Assembly: GCF_004010195.1 (NCBI RefSeq)
Contig: NC_057718.1
Location: forward strand, 51,902,373-51,966,372
DNA: 64,000 bases
From: Chiloscyllium plagiosum
Taxonomy: Eukaryota
Direction: 5' to 3'
Shown: piece after piece, positions 1 to 13,208 of the stretch
Layout of the letters: each line of letters opens with the position of its first letter
Numbering within the stretch: position 1 is the stretch's first letter
The notes under the pieces: model-generated
What the model was told of the DNA's origin: nothing
What the model saw: the letters and a program-made list of their open reading frames with translations, nothing else
The model's database searches: none
Program-made: the position numbers and the translations under genes

Positions 1-1569
1 CCTCTTCCCTTCACTCTGCTGCATTCTCTACTCTGCCGCAGAGAATTATAACTATAGCTGCCATATTGGCAGCAAGTCAAGCATCCAGCCACCTTTAAAA
101 ATTCAACCATATCTTAACTGGATCTACAGCAGTAGGAGGCGTTGAGGATGGAGGGAACTGAGCAAGGAAACTTAACAAATGGTGAATGTGAGGAAAGGCA
201 GCTGGGCTAGATGAACACAATCTCTTGGGAAAATGGGTGCAAGGAACACTGATGGAAAGGGGTTCAGATGAATTCCTCAGCCCAATGTAACTCACAGGCT
301 CATTCAATGGAAATACTACATATAGTTTCTCATTTATCCTTCATATCCCTTCATATTTTTAATGACCGGAAATGAATGGAAAAAAAGGACCACTGTTTCA
401 TGATCTGTAGACCTTTTACATTCACATCTCATGTTACAATGCTAAAGGTCCAGTACCACGCTACTCATACAAAATGTATTTCTGTCAATTCTTTTAAAAA
501 TGTTATACAGCCACTAACTTCTCAGCAGTAAAAAGATAATTAAACAAATTTGATCAAAGAGATGATGCTGGCAAATTGCATAGTGCACAGTCCCTTATGC
601 ATTTTTACCAGCGAGTGTTTATGTGAAGGAATCGGCAGGAACTAGCAAGACCTAAATTAGCAGGTTAAATACTGAAGCAGCATTAGACACTGATTAATGC
701 TGCAATTTGATCTCTGCACATGCTTTTGACACTCTTAAGGAAAACTGAGCCACAACTATTTGAAACATGGCAATAGATATGGTTGCTCTAGAAGCGACTG
801 GAAATGAACGATCCCTCTATCATTTTTTCATCACAATCCAATAATACCAAAGCCAGAAACACTGAAATTTAGTGATTCCGGTGTCTTATATAAATGGATT
901 GAATCTGTGTCAAGATAACGTACAGCGTTTCAGCTCAATTCTAGAATCAGATTTGACTGTTCCATCAATCCCTTGAGCATGTTGGATAATCAGGTAATGT
1001 GGAGCTGATCTCTGACTTGCATCAGTCGAGAGATGATTGTATTTTATTTCAAATTGGGAATTGATGTGAATATAAGCTTTCTTATTGTTCTGATAGCCTT
1101 TTCTTTTCTATCAAATAAACCTTTCTAGGTAATGTTGCAAGTCACATTTTGTCAAACTGAACCTATGGATCAATACTAAGGTTCAGCTGATTGAAAAGAA
1201 TATGATATCATGCAGTTGAGATTCAATTTGGATCCTTTGATTCCTCAATTTATGAACAATTGAAACACTAATATCCTGCAGAACATGAAAAAGTTTAAGG
1301 GTGGTGGGAAATAGGAGCTGTTTTTGGTCAGTTGTCTGCCTACCATGAAAAACTGATTTATGTTAAGATTGTCAGAGAGGTAGGCCCTTACTTTATGTGG
1401 ATATGCATCTCCTGACAAATTAGAGCCAATGGAGTCAAATGCAGAGGTGGGATGGATGAAGTTTGGGGCTGATTTGGACTTCTTGCTGCAGCCTATTTGT
1501 CCTTCGGAAGAAATCTGTTTCTTATGCAAAAGCTACCCAGAGAGAGAAGCCAAACATCACAGGAGAGCC

Positions 1570-1665
1570 AGGGGCCTGGCACCAGAGTCTTCCCCTCATT
1601 TTATTGATGCTGACTTAGATCTAATGTTGGAGTCCATGAGAAAGAAGAGGAAAATCTTCATCTGA
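1570..1665 (+). mobile_element. Possible decayed Myb/SANT-like N-terminus of a PIF/Harbinger element
   Basis: Peptide SPHFIDADLDLMLESMRKKRKIF resembles the APRFSDxxLExLLxxVxxRRxxL start of Harbinger Myb/SANT proteins. Short and degenerate. Confidence 0.35.
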
Positions 1666-1879
1666 GTGTGACTGGGGTGAAGACTTCATTGCACATAGCC
1701 AAATGGTTCACTGGGTGTCTTCTTACTCTGTTCTCCTGCTTTCCTCTGCTGGCAGCAGTGGGACTCAAAGAATCCTTACAGTGTGGAAGTAGGTCATTTA
1801 GCCCATCAAGCCACAGACACTCCAACAAGCATCCACCCAGACCCCCACCCTATCCTTCCAATATCTAATCCACCCACCT

Positions 1880-2075
1880 TCACATCCCTAGATAGTATGA
1901 ACAATTTCCCATGGTCGATCCACCTACCTTCCCATCATTGGACTACAGGACGAAACCAAAGCACCCGGAGAAAAGCCACACAAACACGTGAAAACTTCAC
2001 ACAGTAGTTCAAGGGTGGAATTGAACGCAGGCCCCTGGCATTATGAGGCAGTTGTGCTAACTGCAGTGAGCCAGC
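1880..2075 (-). mobile_element. Degenerate HE1-like SINE
   Basis: Contains gaaaccaaagcacccggagaaaagccaca and ggaattgaac...gtgctaac, the reverse complement of the HE1 body and head seen intact elsewhere in the window. Confidence 0.65.
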
Positions 2076-3216
2076 ATACTGACTCTTTTCATTATTACCA
2101 TGGTAAAAAATTGTTGTACGAGCCAGGAAGTGCCAAACCTCTGGGCTGGTGTGTTTCCTTAATTGGCAAGTGAGTAGATGTTCCAGGTTGTCATCTTCTG
2201 CTTGTTACCTCAAACTTCCTTTCATGGCCCATCCAATCTGGTGGCCTAACAAGTTTAAATTACAGCAAGCTATTCTAATATATCCGATACATGTATTTTT
2301 AGTCCCCATGGGATTGTCACTGACATGGGATATTCACAGGCTCACCCTTCATTGGCATGGAGATAAGATCTCTGTGTGGATGGCACAAGGTTTTGAAGCT
2401 TGACGGCCAATTAGAGCCCAATCAGTTTCAGAGTATTATTGAGTTGTAACAAAGAGAAATGCCCTCTCAGCAATGGTTTCTTTCAAAATGTAAATGGTTG
2501 TAGTGGCAGTGTGGGGTTGGTGGAGGGGAGGTGGGGGCAAAGGGGTCTGGATATCCCAAGTGACCTTTGGCAGTGGTCAACTCTAAACAGGAAGAGAGAT
2601 GGAAGACCTCAAAGCTTGCCCGCAACACTGGCATTCTGACCCTGTCACTACGTGACCATTTCTAAGCAGTTGACCTGAAAACTGAAGATCAAATACAAAA
2701 TTATCTGGGGACATACAGCCTTGTCAAGCCTATGATCAACCTCCTCTAAAATGAAAGGCACTGGGAAATATGTTGTGAAAATTGCATGCTGGCATAGAAA
2801 TTCCATCTTATGTGATAAAGTCAATTGAAAAACGCTATTTCAGCTGGCTATCTATTAAATAGCTGTACAGCACAAATGTGAGAATGCAAGTCCCATTATA
2901 CTCCAATCAAATTGCAACCAATCTCAGACAGTCTGCTTCTTTGAATTGAAAGGCTAATGGCAAGGAAGTCGAATTTGTCTTCTTTATAAGAGAAACTTAT
3001 AACAGCATAACAGCACAGTGCTATCCTAAAATTCTGTGGTGTCTATATCCCAGTAGCATCGATACTGCTGCTCACATCCAACTCATATAGGTCAATGGGA
3101 TTAGGGACCGGCCCATGATGAAGCCAAACAGATGAAATTAAAGTTCCATCGCACTGAAGTAATGGTAGTGCCATTAGATCATTGTATCGCTGCAATATGT
3201 TTACAAGAGAGGTCAT

Positions 3217-3485
3217 GGTTGGCATGGTGGCTCAGTGGTTAGCACTGCTACCTCATAGTGCCAGGGACCTGGGTTCAATTCCAATCTTGGGCAACTATGT
3301 AGAATCTATGTAGAGTTTACACATTCTCTGTGCATTCCAAAGTTGTGTTGCTTAGGTGAAGTGGCCATGCTAATTTGCCCATAGTGTTCGGGGATGTGTG
3401 GGTTAGGTGCATTAGTTAGGAGAATGGGTGTGGATGTGTTGGGTGTGGATGTGTTGGGCCTAATGGCCTGTTTCCACACAGTAAG
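3217..3485 (+). mobile_element. Degenerate HE1-like tRNA-derived SINE
   Basis: ggcatggtggctcagtggttagcactg (A box), gggttcaattcc (B box), ends ggcctgtttccacac. Confidence 0.85.
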
Positions 3486-4544
3486 GATTGCATGAATACG
3501 ATGTCACTGTCTCTGGACAAAGCATTATAATATTACCACAGCTTGAAGTTTGAACTCATGGAAAAAAGTCACATTTAGCATTCCTGTGAGCAAGTGACTT
3601 GAAGGCTTATTGTGTATAGTTGACCTACGCTCATCAGGAAGCAACCATAACTCAGATGAAAATTGAAATGACGAGAGGATGATTTAATCAAGTAATGTGG
3701 CATTAAAGAACCCTTTGGTGCAATCAACCTTGTAACAGTTACATACTCAAGATGATTTACCTTTCTGTCAACATTTCTAACAACATGTAACAACTGCAAT
3801 AATGGCTAAATAATGATACTTTAATGCCCCATATGGTAATTTTTGCCACAGTCAAGGAGCAACACTTTTTTTCAGTCTTTTATGGTTATTGTCCATAGGC
3901 AATTGTTCTGCTAATGGTAAACATGTCATTAACAATAAGTTTCATTTTATACTCAATCCTACAGTATTCTAATATTTCCACAATCTGCTGTAGATTGTAG
4001 GCCTCATGAGCAAGGAGTTGCCCTGTTTACATGAAAATAAAAGAACATAAATCAGACAAGAATAATTCATGCATATTTTCTTGCATAAATCAAGTGTACG
4101 CTCTCTGCTAAGCATTTATCAGAAGACTTGTTCTCATGGTCTGGCATCTGAATTTCTTTAGCCAGTGAAACATTAATCAATATACAGCATTCTCACATTC
4201 AGAATTACATAAAACAACCTTATTCCAAAATAAGGTGTCAGATGCACTGCATTACATTATTTATGCTGTGTTTTTGATGATTTATAATGTCTTATATTCT
4301 CAACCGTCGGAAATAATAAATTTGCTGCCTTAACTGCAAAATACACAGAAAAACAACATTACTTGCGAAAGTAATTGACAAAGTTAAGGTTAATAATTTG
4401 AGAGAACTCAGAAACTTGGGATTATTATATTTGTCTTTCTCTAAACAAAATGTCAAGAAATAAACGCTCCTCGTAAAGTTTGGTATTTAGATGGTTCTTA
4501 TCCATATTAGATGTCAGGGGTTTCACCCATTGCAATAACTGACA

Positions 4545-5450
4545 TAAGAACATAAGAAAAAGCAGCAGGAGGAGGCCATTCAGCTTCTCTCACTGCTTCA
4601 TCTTCATTAGTATCATGGCTAATCTGATTGTGACCAGCACTCCAATTTTCTGTCTGTTCCACAGAACCCTTATGTCACTTGTCAATCAAGAGTCTATCCA
4701 GCTCAGCCTTGAATATATTCTATAATCCAGCCTCCACTGCTCACAGGGGAAGAGAAAGCCAAACACTAATGATCCTCTGAGAGATGAAATCCCTCATCTC
4801 ATCTCGAACTGAAAGACCCATTATTATGAAACTATATTTATTGCTGCAATAGGAAATATCCTGTCAATATTCACCATGTCATGTCCCTCTTTTAGTTTGC
4901 GGTTAGATCTTGTCTCATTCTTCTAAGCTGCATTGAGCATTGGCCCAACCTGCTCAACCCTTCCTCATAAGATAAATCTCTCTTCCAAGGGGTTGACCTG
5001 ATGGTCCTTTTCTGAACAGCTTACAATGGAATTCCATCCCTCATAAAGTAAGGTAGCTGAAATTGGACTGAACTTTTCATGGCGAAATCTCAGCAATCTC
5101 CTTTATAGTTGCAGCAAGACCTTACTTTTATATTTCATTGCCAAACCTCCTGCAATAAAGGTTAACATTTAATTTGTTTTCCTAGTTACTTGTTGCACCT
5201 CCTTGCTGACATTTTGTGATTCATGTAGAAGGTCACCCAAGTTCTTCTGCACTGCAACATTCTGGAATTACTCTCTCCATTTAATTAATATTCTGCTGTT
5301 GTATTCGTCTTGCCAAAGTGGATAAACTGACATTTTCCAAGATTGTACACCATCTACCAAATTTGTTGCCAATTCACTTAACACATTAACATCCCTTTTC
5401 AATCTCATTTTATTCTCCTCAAACTTGCAGCAATCACCCCCTTGAAAATT
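4545..5450 (-). mobile_element. Old CR1 LINE 3' fragment
   Basis: cataagaacataagaa tail, ggaggccattcagc 3'UTR motif, decayed RT C-terminal sequence (SWKMSVYPLWQ). Confidence 0.7.
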
Positions 5451-5789
5451 AATTAATTTCACCACCAATGCTTAGTGGCAACAATGGGTATGACCTACAA
5501 GATACACTGCAGCAACTCACCAAGGTACTTCTCAACCTGTGAGCTCTACCAGTTAGGAGGATAAGGTCAGCAGATGCACAGAAACACCATCACCTGCAGG
5601 TTCCATCCACGCCACATGTCATGCTGACTTGGAAATATGTTACTGTACCTTCACTGTCACTGAGTCAAAATCCTGAAACTCTCTTCCTTATCAGTATTGT
5701 GGGTATACATGCATCCCAAAGACTGCAGCAATTCAAGGAGGGACCTCATTGCCACCTTCTTAAGCACAATTAGATCTCATCCATTGGTT

Positions 5790-6930
5790 GTGGGATCACT
5801 TAGCTCTGCCTATTGCTTGCTGTTCATGTGGTTTTGCATACAAGTTATCTTGTTTGTTGATTTCACCAGATTGATATCTCATTTTTAGTTATGTCTAGCA
5901 TAGCCTCCTGAACTCTCTGCTGAATCAAGGTTGATCCTTGGGCTTGATGGTAATGTGGGGGATATTTGCAGATCTTGCTGGAGTACAATTCTGATGCTGT
6001 AGATGGCCCGAAATGTCTAATGAATGCATAGTGTAGAGTTGTTACATTGTTCAAAGTCTGTGCCATTTAGCATGGTGATAGTGTTGTACAACACCTTCAG
6101 TACATCCTCCAAGCAATGTTCAACATGGAGAAGCACTGATTCATCATTGGAGGGAGGATGGTATGTGGTAATCAGCAGGACATTACCTTACCTATGTTTA
6201 ACCTGATGCCATGAGACTTCATGGAGTCCTTCCCCTGAATACCAATGTGCTACCAACTCTGCCGGGTCTAACCTGCTAGTGGGACTGAACATATCCAGGG
6301 ATGGTGATGGTGTCAGTACATAAGAATATCAGAAATAGGAGTACGAGTTAGCCATCTGGCCTGAAGCGGCCTCCTCTGCCAGTCAATAACAGCATGGCTG
6401 ACCTTTTCATGGAGTTATGCTTCGATGAGTAGTCAGGCCGTTGCTTGACTAGTCTGTTAGACAGCTTTCCCAATTTTGGCACCAGACCCCAGGTGTTAGT
6501 AAGGAGAACTTTGCACGATCAACAGGGCTGTTCCTGCTTTTGTCATTTTCAGGGCCTAGATCTATGCCAGGTGGCCTGTCCAGTTTCATTTTTTAGTTGA
6601 GACTTTTTAGTGACTGATGCAACTAAGTGGCTTGCTAGGCCATTTTAGAAGGCAGTTGAAAGTCAACCACATTGCTGTGGTTGTGGAGTCACATGTAGGT
6701 CAGACCCAGGTGAGGATGGCAGATTTCCTTCCCCGAAGGACCTTACTGAATCAAGTTTGTCTTCTCCCGATAATCAACAATGGTTACATGGTCATCAGTA
6801 GATTATTAATTCCAGATTTTTTAAAAAATTGAATTCAAATTTTAACATCTGTTGTGGATTCCATCATCTGGCATGATATGAAGCTGGGTTACAGAATATT
6901 AGCTGAGTTTCTAAATTAATAGTTTCGTGA
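5790..6930 (-). mobile_element. 5' part of a CR1/L2-clade LINE with a SINE-like head, decayed
   Basis: Minus strand gives ITIKPKDQP-FS-like post-endonuclease sequence near 5900-5960. A typical shark repeat head (ggaaggaaatctgccatcctcacctggg...) lies at 6620-6930. Confidence 0.5.
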
Positions 6931-6949
6931 TAATTGCCTGCCCCTGATG

Positions 6950-8045
6950 AAGAGCTAATTTCCAGAGGTGAGGTGAGAGTGAAAACTAGTGATATCAAAA
7001 CCACATTTGACAGAATATGGATATCAGGGCAAAACTCTCTGATGGCCCATAGGAAGGTGGTTTGGTTGTTGGAGGTCAGTCATCTCAACTCCGGACATCT
7101 CTGCAGGAGTTCCTCAGGGTAGTGATCTAGGTCCACTCTTCTTCAGCTATTTCATCAACGACCTCCCATCCATCATAAGATCAGAAGTGGCTATTTTCGC
7201 CGATGACTGCACAATGTTTAACACCATTTGTGACTCATAAGAAACTTAAGCAGTCCATGCTCAAATGCAACAAAATCTGGACAATATTCCAGCTTGGGTG
7301 ACAAGTGGCAAGGAACATTTACACCACACAAATGTCAGGCAGTGACCATCTCCAACAAGCAACAATCTAACCACTGTCCCTTGATACTCAATTGTGCTAC
7401 CATCTTCGAATCCCCAACCATCAATATCATAGAGGTTACCAAAAACCAGAGACTCAACTGGGTGCCATATAAATACTGTGGCTACAAGAGCAGGTCAGAT
7501 GCTAGGAATATGGTGACTAGCAACTCACCTACTGACTCCCCAAATTTGGTCCACCATCTATAAGGTGCAAGTCAGGAGTGTGACGGAATATTCCCCACTT
7601 GCCTGGATGGGTGCAGCTCCAACAACACTCAAGGAACTTGACACTATTCAGAATAAAGCAGCCCACTTAATTGGCATCACACCCACAAACATGCAGTCCC
7701 TTCACCTCTCAGTAGCAGCAGTGTGAATTATCTACAAAATGCACTATAGAAATTCACCAAGGATCCTTAGGTAGCACCTTCCAAACCCCTCACCACTCCA
7801 TCCAGAAGGACAAGGCAGCAGATATATGGAGACACCATCACCTTCAAGTTTCCCTTAAAGCTACTTTAGTGTTGTTGGGACAAAATCCTGGAATTCCCTC
7901 CCTATGGGCATTATGGGTTAAACTACAGTACATGGACTGCCGCAATTCAGGAAGGCAGCTCACCACCTCCTTCTCAAGAGCAACTATGGATGGGCAATAA
8001 ATGCTGGTTAGGCAGCGATGCCCATGTCCCATGATTGAGTTAAAA
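6950..8045 (+). mobile_element. CR1/L2-clade LINE 3' fragment (RT and 3' tail), decayed
   Basis: GVPQGS motif (ggagttcctcagggtagt), IFADDC at about 7193, tail ggatgggcaataaatgctgg...aaaaa. Same family as 58625-60030. Confidence 0.85.
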
Positions 8046-8879
8046 AGAAACTTTCCTCCCTCCCTTTGTCTTTTGATTTTTTACGATTCTTGTGGGTTTT
8101 TTTAAATATTCCATTGTAAAGACAAACGCAAAATATTTGTTCAAAGCTTCTGTCATTTCCTTGATTCCCATTAATTTGCCAGTTTCAGCTTCTAAACGAC
8201 CAATGTTCATTTAACAACCGTCTCTCACTTTGGCTAATTATCATAGTTGAACTATTTTGCTTATTTTAGGCAGGTAGAAAATTGCTGTGGCAGACTTTCA
8301 GCTTTGTCAGAATCCTGAAATTATTATCGTTTTTCTCCATGGATATATTTAAGGCAGGCTTTTATTAAAATTAAATTCTCCTTCTCTCACCTACCAGCCT
8401 GGACAACATGAATGTATACTGTTGCGAGTGAACACATCAGAAATGTCCAATTATACCCAAACCAACATAATACACATGCCTATAACTGGAGAGCCTGCTC
8501 ATAAATCTATTGTTTACAGCAAAAAATCTCTGAAATGTCAGAAGACTGTAGAGACTCGATAAACTATCTCTCAAAGAATGTCACAAAATGCTGTCCTTCA
8601 TCTATTTGTCGCTAATAGATTCTCCTCTGTACAGAAACTGCTTTAAAATAAATAATATTCAACAGTTTATGGTTATCCTTGACCAATTAAAATGATTTGT
8701 TTTTAAGTCTAGCATTCTAATCACATACCAAAGATTAGTATTGCTTATAAGAGCGAAATAAGAGAGAGTTAAAAATGCAGACATGTTGTAAACTGGAAGA
8801 TACATGTGAATGTGATAGCCAATTACATAAATTATATTAAATTTAAGAGATATTGGTGTATTTACTGCACATTGAGCAA

Positions 8880-9428
8880 AACAAGTTACTCAAGTCTATT
8901 AATCATTAAAAAGGTACCACATAAAAGCCTTATTACTTACAAAAATGAAAGTACATGGTATTAAAGGCAATTTTGTGCATGGATGGAGAGAGGGCTTGAG
9001 GATAAAAAGCAAAGATGACGGTTCAATCGATTTTTTTTTCAAACTGGTAAGATGTGTCTGGTAGTGTAGCTTAACAGGATTACTTCAACTCGGATATAAA
9101 AGAAAGGATATCAAAATTTGCGAATGTATCTAATGAGGGTATACCATAAACAGCAAAGAAGAATCTTGGAAGGCAGAGAAAAGCTAGTGAAATTCACTGG
9201 AAAGGCATCAGAAAAATGTTAAATATTATACTTGGGGAAAAAAAAACAGTATTTTAATTATTTAGATTTTTAACAAAAGTGGAGACAGATCCAGGAGTGC
9301 ACATTTGTTGATCTTTAAAGATGGGCACCCAATTAAAGAAAGGCTAAAAGCTACCAAACAGGATTGTGAGTTTTATACACCGAAATACTGACTACAAAAA
9401 TGAGGAAGTGATGTTAAATTTGTATAAC
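8880..9428 (+). mobile_element. Very old CR1 RT fragment
   Basis: aaggtaccacataaaagc (KVPHK), atatcaaaatttgcgaat (ISKFA), gaagtgatgttaaatttgtataa. Confidence 0.55.
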
Positions 9429-9429
9429 C

Positions 9430-9667
9430 ATGATGCGGAGGTGCTGGTGTTGGACTGGGGTGGACAAAGTCAGAAGCTACATGACATCAGGTTATAGTCC
9501 ACCAGGTTTATTTAAAATCATTAAACTGTCGGAGCTCTGCTTCTTCATCAAGTGAAATGGAGGGTGCTTCCCTCCACTTCACGTGACGAAGGGGCAGTGC
9601 TTCGAAAGATTGTGATTTCAAATAAACCTGGTGGACTATAACCTAGTGTTGTGTAACTTCTGACTTT
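9430..9667. mobile_element. Short fold-back Penelope-like derivative (family B) with a hammerhead remnant in each arm
   Basis: Inverted arms aggttatagtccaccaggtttattt / aaataaacctggtggactataacct around a central hairpin. The ggtgttggactggggtggacaaag tail is on the left only. Confidence 0.8.
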
Positions 9668-10039
9668 CTATAAGACAATAGTTACACCACTGGTATTCTA
9701 TTCAAATGTAAAATCAAATGGTGATAACACAGATGGATGCCATTTTGTTCATCATCTCTGCACTAGCTCTTTGTAAGAGCAACTCAGCTTGTCTCACTCC
9801 TTCCCCTTTTCTCTTAAGAATTGGAATTTTGTTTTTTTCCTTATAATCTGGAATCCCACTATGCAAAAGGTTTCAGAACTATGCAAAGTGTAAATTGAAG
9901 GATCACAGGACCAACACATTTATTTTGCACTGCTTTGCAACACAAAGTGTTATACAGGAGTGTTATCAAATAGAATTGAAAGTCAAACTACATTGGGTGA
10001 AATTAGACCCTCTCATCAAAAACTTTTATTTATATAGTA

Positions 10040-11050
10040 TTTTGACATAATAGGCCATTCTAAGGTAACTCACAAGAACATTACCATTAATAATCTGATA
10101 CTGTGACACAGAAGGATATATCATGACAAATGAGCAAGAATTTGGCCAAAGAGGTAAGTTTTAAGAAGTGCTCTAAAATCAGTGCAACGAGATAGGGAAA
10201 ATAATTCAGATCTTAGGACTAAAGTAGTCAAAAGTAAGCAGACCAATAGTGGAGTGATACAAAACAGTATCTAGAAGTGACAGGATTAGACAGAGATAAA
10301 TACCTTAAAGAGTTGTACGGTTGGGTGAAACCATAAATAGGAAGGGTGAGGCCATGGAGGGATTTGATACTATAGACAAACTATTTAAAATCACAGCATT
10401 GTCTCAACCACCACCCACTATAAGTCTGTAAGGCTAGATAATCAGTCAACAGGATCTGATGCAAGTTGAGGTCTGGAATGGTAGATGTTGGTGAAGAAGC
10501 ATGCTACTGGTTAGGCCTGCGACTCAGTTTCAAACACAGCTTCAAAGTTGAAAACAGACGGGTTCAACTTCAGGCAGTGGCCAGAGAGAGGGAGAAAAAT
10601 AGTGACGGAAGGTAACATTTTTGGTGGGGACTGATAAAGGTATCTTCTATCCTCCAAATATTTATTTGGAGGGAATTTCTGGTCATTCAATGTTGGAGAA
10701 TCAGAAACAGAGAGGGAGGCAAGTAAGGCTGTATTAAGCTGGAATGAAGTTTTCAGGATACATATAAAATCTGGTTTTTATATTTTGGATGGCATTGCTG
10801 GGAGTATGTAGCCATAAGGAGAAGGGAGTGGCACCAAGGTTTAGGGAGGGAGTTTTGGAGAATAGCGTTTGGGAAATAAAGGAATAAACATCAATGGTGG
10901 AGAAATGAAAATTGAGAATGCCTAGAGGCCAGAATTGGGAGGAGTGCAGAGATCTTGAAGGGTTGTAGGGCGAGAGGAAGTTGTAGGCATTGGGAAAGGT
11001 GGGTATATGGAGAGGTTTGAAAATAAAAATGAGAGTTTAAAGCTGGAATT
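10040..11050 (-). mobile_element. Probable highly decayed L2-type LINE fragments
   Basis: Purine-rich plus strand with recurring shark-LINE-like phrases (gccatggagggatttga, ggagtgcagagatcttgaagggttgtaggg). No clean protein motif. Confidence 0.4.
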
Positions 11051-11230
11051 CAGAGAGTTATTAGGTCAGCAATTAAAGCTCACCTGGTGTTGTGTAACAT
11101 CTGACTTTCTGACCGGGGTGAGCTTTAAAAATCATGGTCCTGGAGGTCACCTCGGGAGCTAATGTCTCTGGAAGAGTTTCGGACTTGGAAAAGCTAGGGA
11201 GAAGGGATAGAGCACAGAACTCGCCCACCA

Positions 11231-11296
11231 TAAAGAGCATGTTACAGACTTTGTTCCTTAAAGAGTCCTTAAAGAGCATGTTACAGACTTTGTTCC
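11231..11296 (+). repeat. Local direct duplication of taaagagcatgttacagactttgttcc (27 bp) with a short spacer
   Basis: Copies at 11231-11257 and 11270-11296. Confidence 0.9.
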
Positions 11297-12440
11297 CGAA
11301 TGCCATTTTCAAGCTTTGTTTCATCCAGTGAGCCCCAAATAGTCCTGATTAGGCCAGTGCACAGCTGTCAGGTTCCTCACAGGGTCTAAATAAATTTCTC
11401 TGATTTTGTTCTGGAAACAAAATCTGTGGGATCAACCGATCCTGGCATAATTGCTTCATCTGCTTCCCATGAACTTCACAGGAGTTGAGAGCTGAAATTG
11501 ATAAGTCAGCAGCAACTCCCAATGTGGCTACTGCTGCTAGGCAGGCCCCATCTCCTATAAGCCAAACTCACCTCCTGGCTAATTAAGCTATTTGTAGTTA
11601 TAAATCATGTTGCCAGAGCAATGTATCTCAAACATAGAATTCGGATTCAGAATTCATCTAGGTGTCGATTTCCTGACCATGCATCGGAAATCCAGTCCTC
11701 AAAATCAAGCCATTTTCTGATTTCATGGCTAACACAGGTCAATGAGAACAGAGACCATAGATTAATAGAATTACTGCAATTTAGAAGCCAGAAGGTAAAA
11801 ACAATAAAAATTGCAAATGACACCTTCTGGTCCAACTTATACACTTCAAAATGGTGCTCCAGTGTAACCAATATGTTCATTCCCCAGTATTTCTTTTAAC
11901 TGGTTTTTCGCTTTTAGTAATATGGGCAAGAGAGCATTTTGTAGTCTCGTGCTCAAGTCTGTGAGAGATTTGAAGGCAGTCAGGAGACTGTGATAACTGA
12001 GTTTAGAGGTTAAAAAAATGAATTGGTGCTTCATCAGGAAACAAGCTGAGCATGATTGAGATAAATAATGCTGGGGAACTAGAATTTGGTTGCCTTGATG
12101 ATGAGAGATATTATGGAATTGTAAGCTCGGCCCAGGATCAAGTAGCATGCCAGACTTCTGCAGAGTCTGGTTCAATTGATAGGATTGTTACATCATGCTA
12201 GGTTATCATGAGGAGTTGTATGTAGCTGAGAAATAGGAGGGGCCCAAGCCTCGAGCAATGGGGTATTTCAGAAAAAAACTAACAAGAAAAGACATTGCAG
12301 CACTTTCTCTCATCAGAATGAAAATCATCAAGGGCAGTGGCATCTAGTCATAAATTAGATAAAAGGTGTTGGAGAAGGATAGTGTGAGCAATATATCCTT
12401 CTTGAATGAAATGGTAGATCATCTAGTTGATTTCTAGTAT

Positions 12441-12620
12441 GCAGATATCATGGTTAGTAGCAAGAAAACAAATTCTAAAAAAGATACAGGGGCCAGTGTA
12501 TCCATCCTATCAGAGTGCTATGTTAAATCCTCAATTCCTCTAACCATCTACAGCTAACCTTCTAGCCGCCAGAGGAACTACAGGAAGAATATAAGGCTAG
12601 ATAGAAGTTCATCTTTGCTG
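12441..12620 (+). mobile_element. Gypsy-like LTR retrotransposon aspartic protease remnant
   Basis: Frame from 12441 reads ADIMVSSKKTNSKKDTGASVSILSE, matching the retropepsin xKxDTGASVS active-site motif. Confidence 0.55.
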
Positions 12621-13118
12621 CAAGGAGAGATAGATTAATCATACCCTTTTAAGTTATTCCCAATCTGTCCATGGGAAAAAAAACTCCCACTCACGATCTA
12701 AAATTGCTAATGAGAACCATCAGCAGGCCATGGAAGCTAAGACTTCTCTTAATGATAAAAGTGAGGCACAAGCTATAGAATTTCAGCAACTGAACAATAT
12801 CATAGATAATATTAAAGTGGAACAGCAAAACACGCTTAAACAGATCAAAGCTCGATAGACATCTCACAATCTAATCATTACCAACAGTCATACAACATAT
12901 TCAACCTAACGGACTGGAAAAGGAAAGCTTACAGATGATTTATAACACTTCTGTAGACAGATACCCAGTGTTGCCATGAAATTGTCACAATGAAGAAACA
13001 TTCTGATAGAAGAAAAGTTCTCTCTATCACAGAAATATTCAGAACATAAAGACTATAGTGAATAATTAGGGATGGGAAATGTGTTACAGTTAATAAGCAG
13101 TGACATTGTATCTCAGAA

Positions 13119-13139
13119 TCTGCAGTCCTCACTTTCTCC
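13119..13139 (+). mobile_element. 21-nt PLE (family A) 3'-tail micro-insertion with 13-bp target-site duplication
   Basis: tctgcagtcctcactttctcc matches the terminus of the element at 42213-42233. Flanked by ttgtatctcagaa at 13106-13118 and 13140-13152. Confidence 0.85.
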
Positions 13140-13208
13140 TTGTATCTCAGAAAGCAAACATGAGAGAAGAATGAACATCTTTATTCAACTCTGCATATGA
13201 TCATCATG

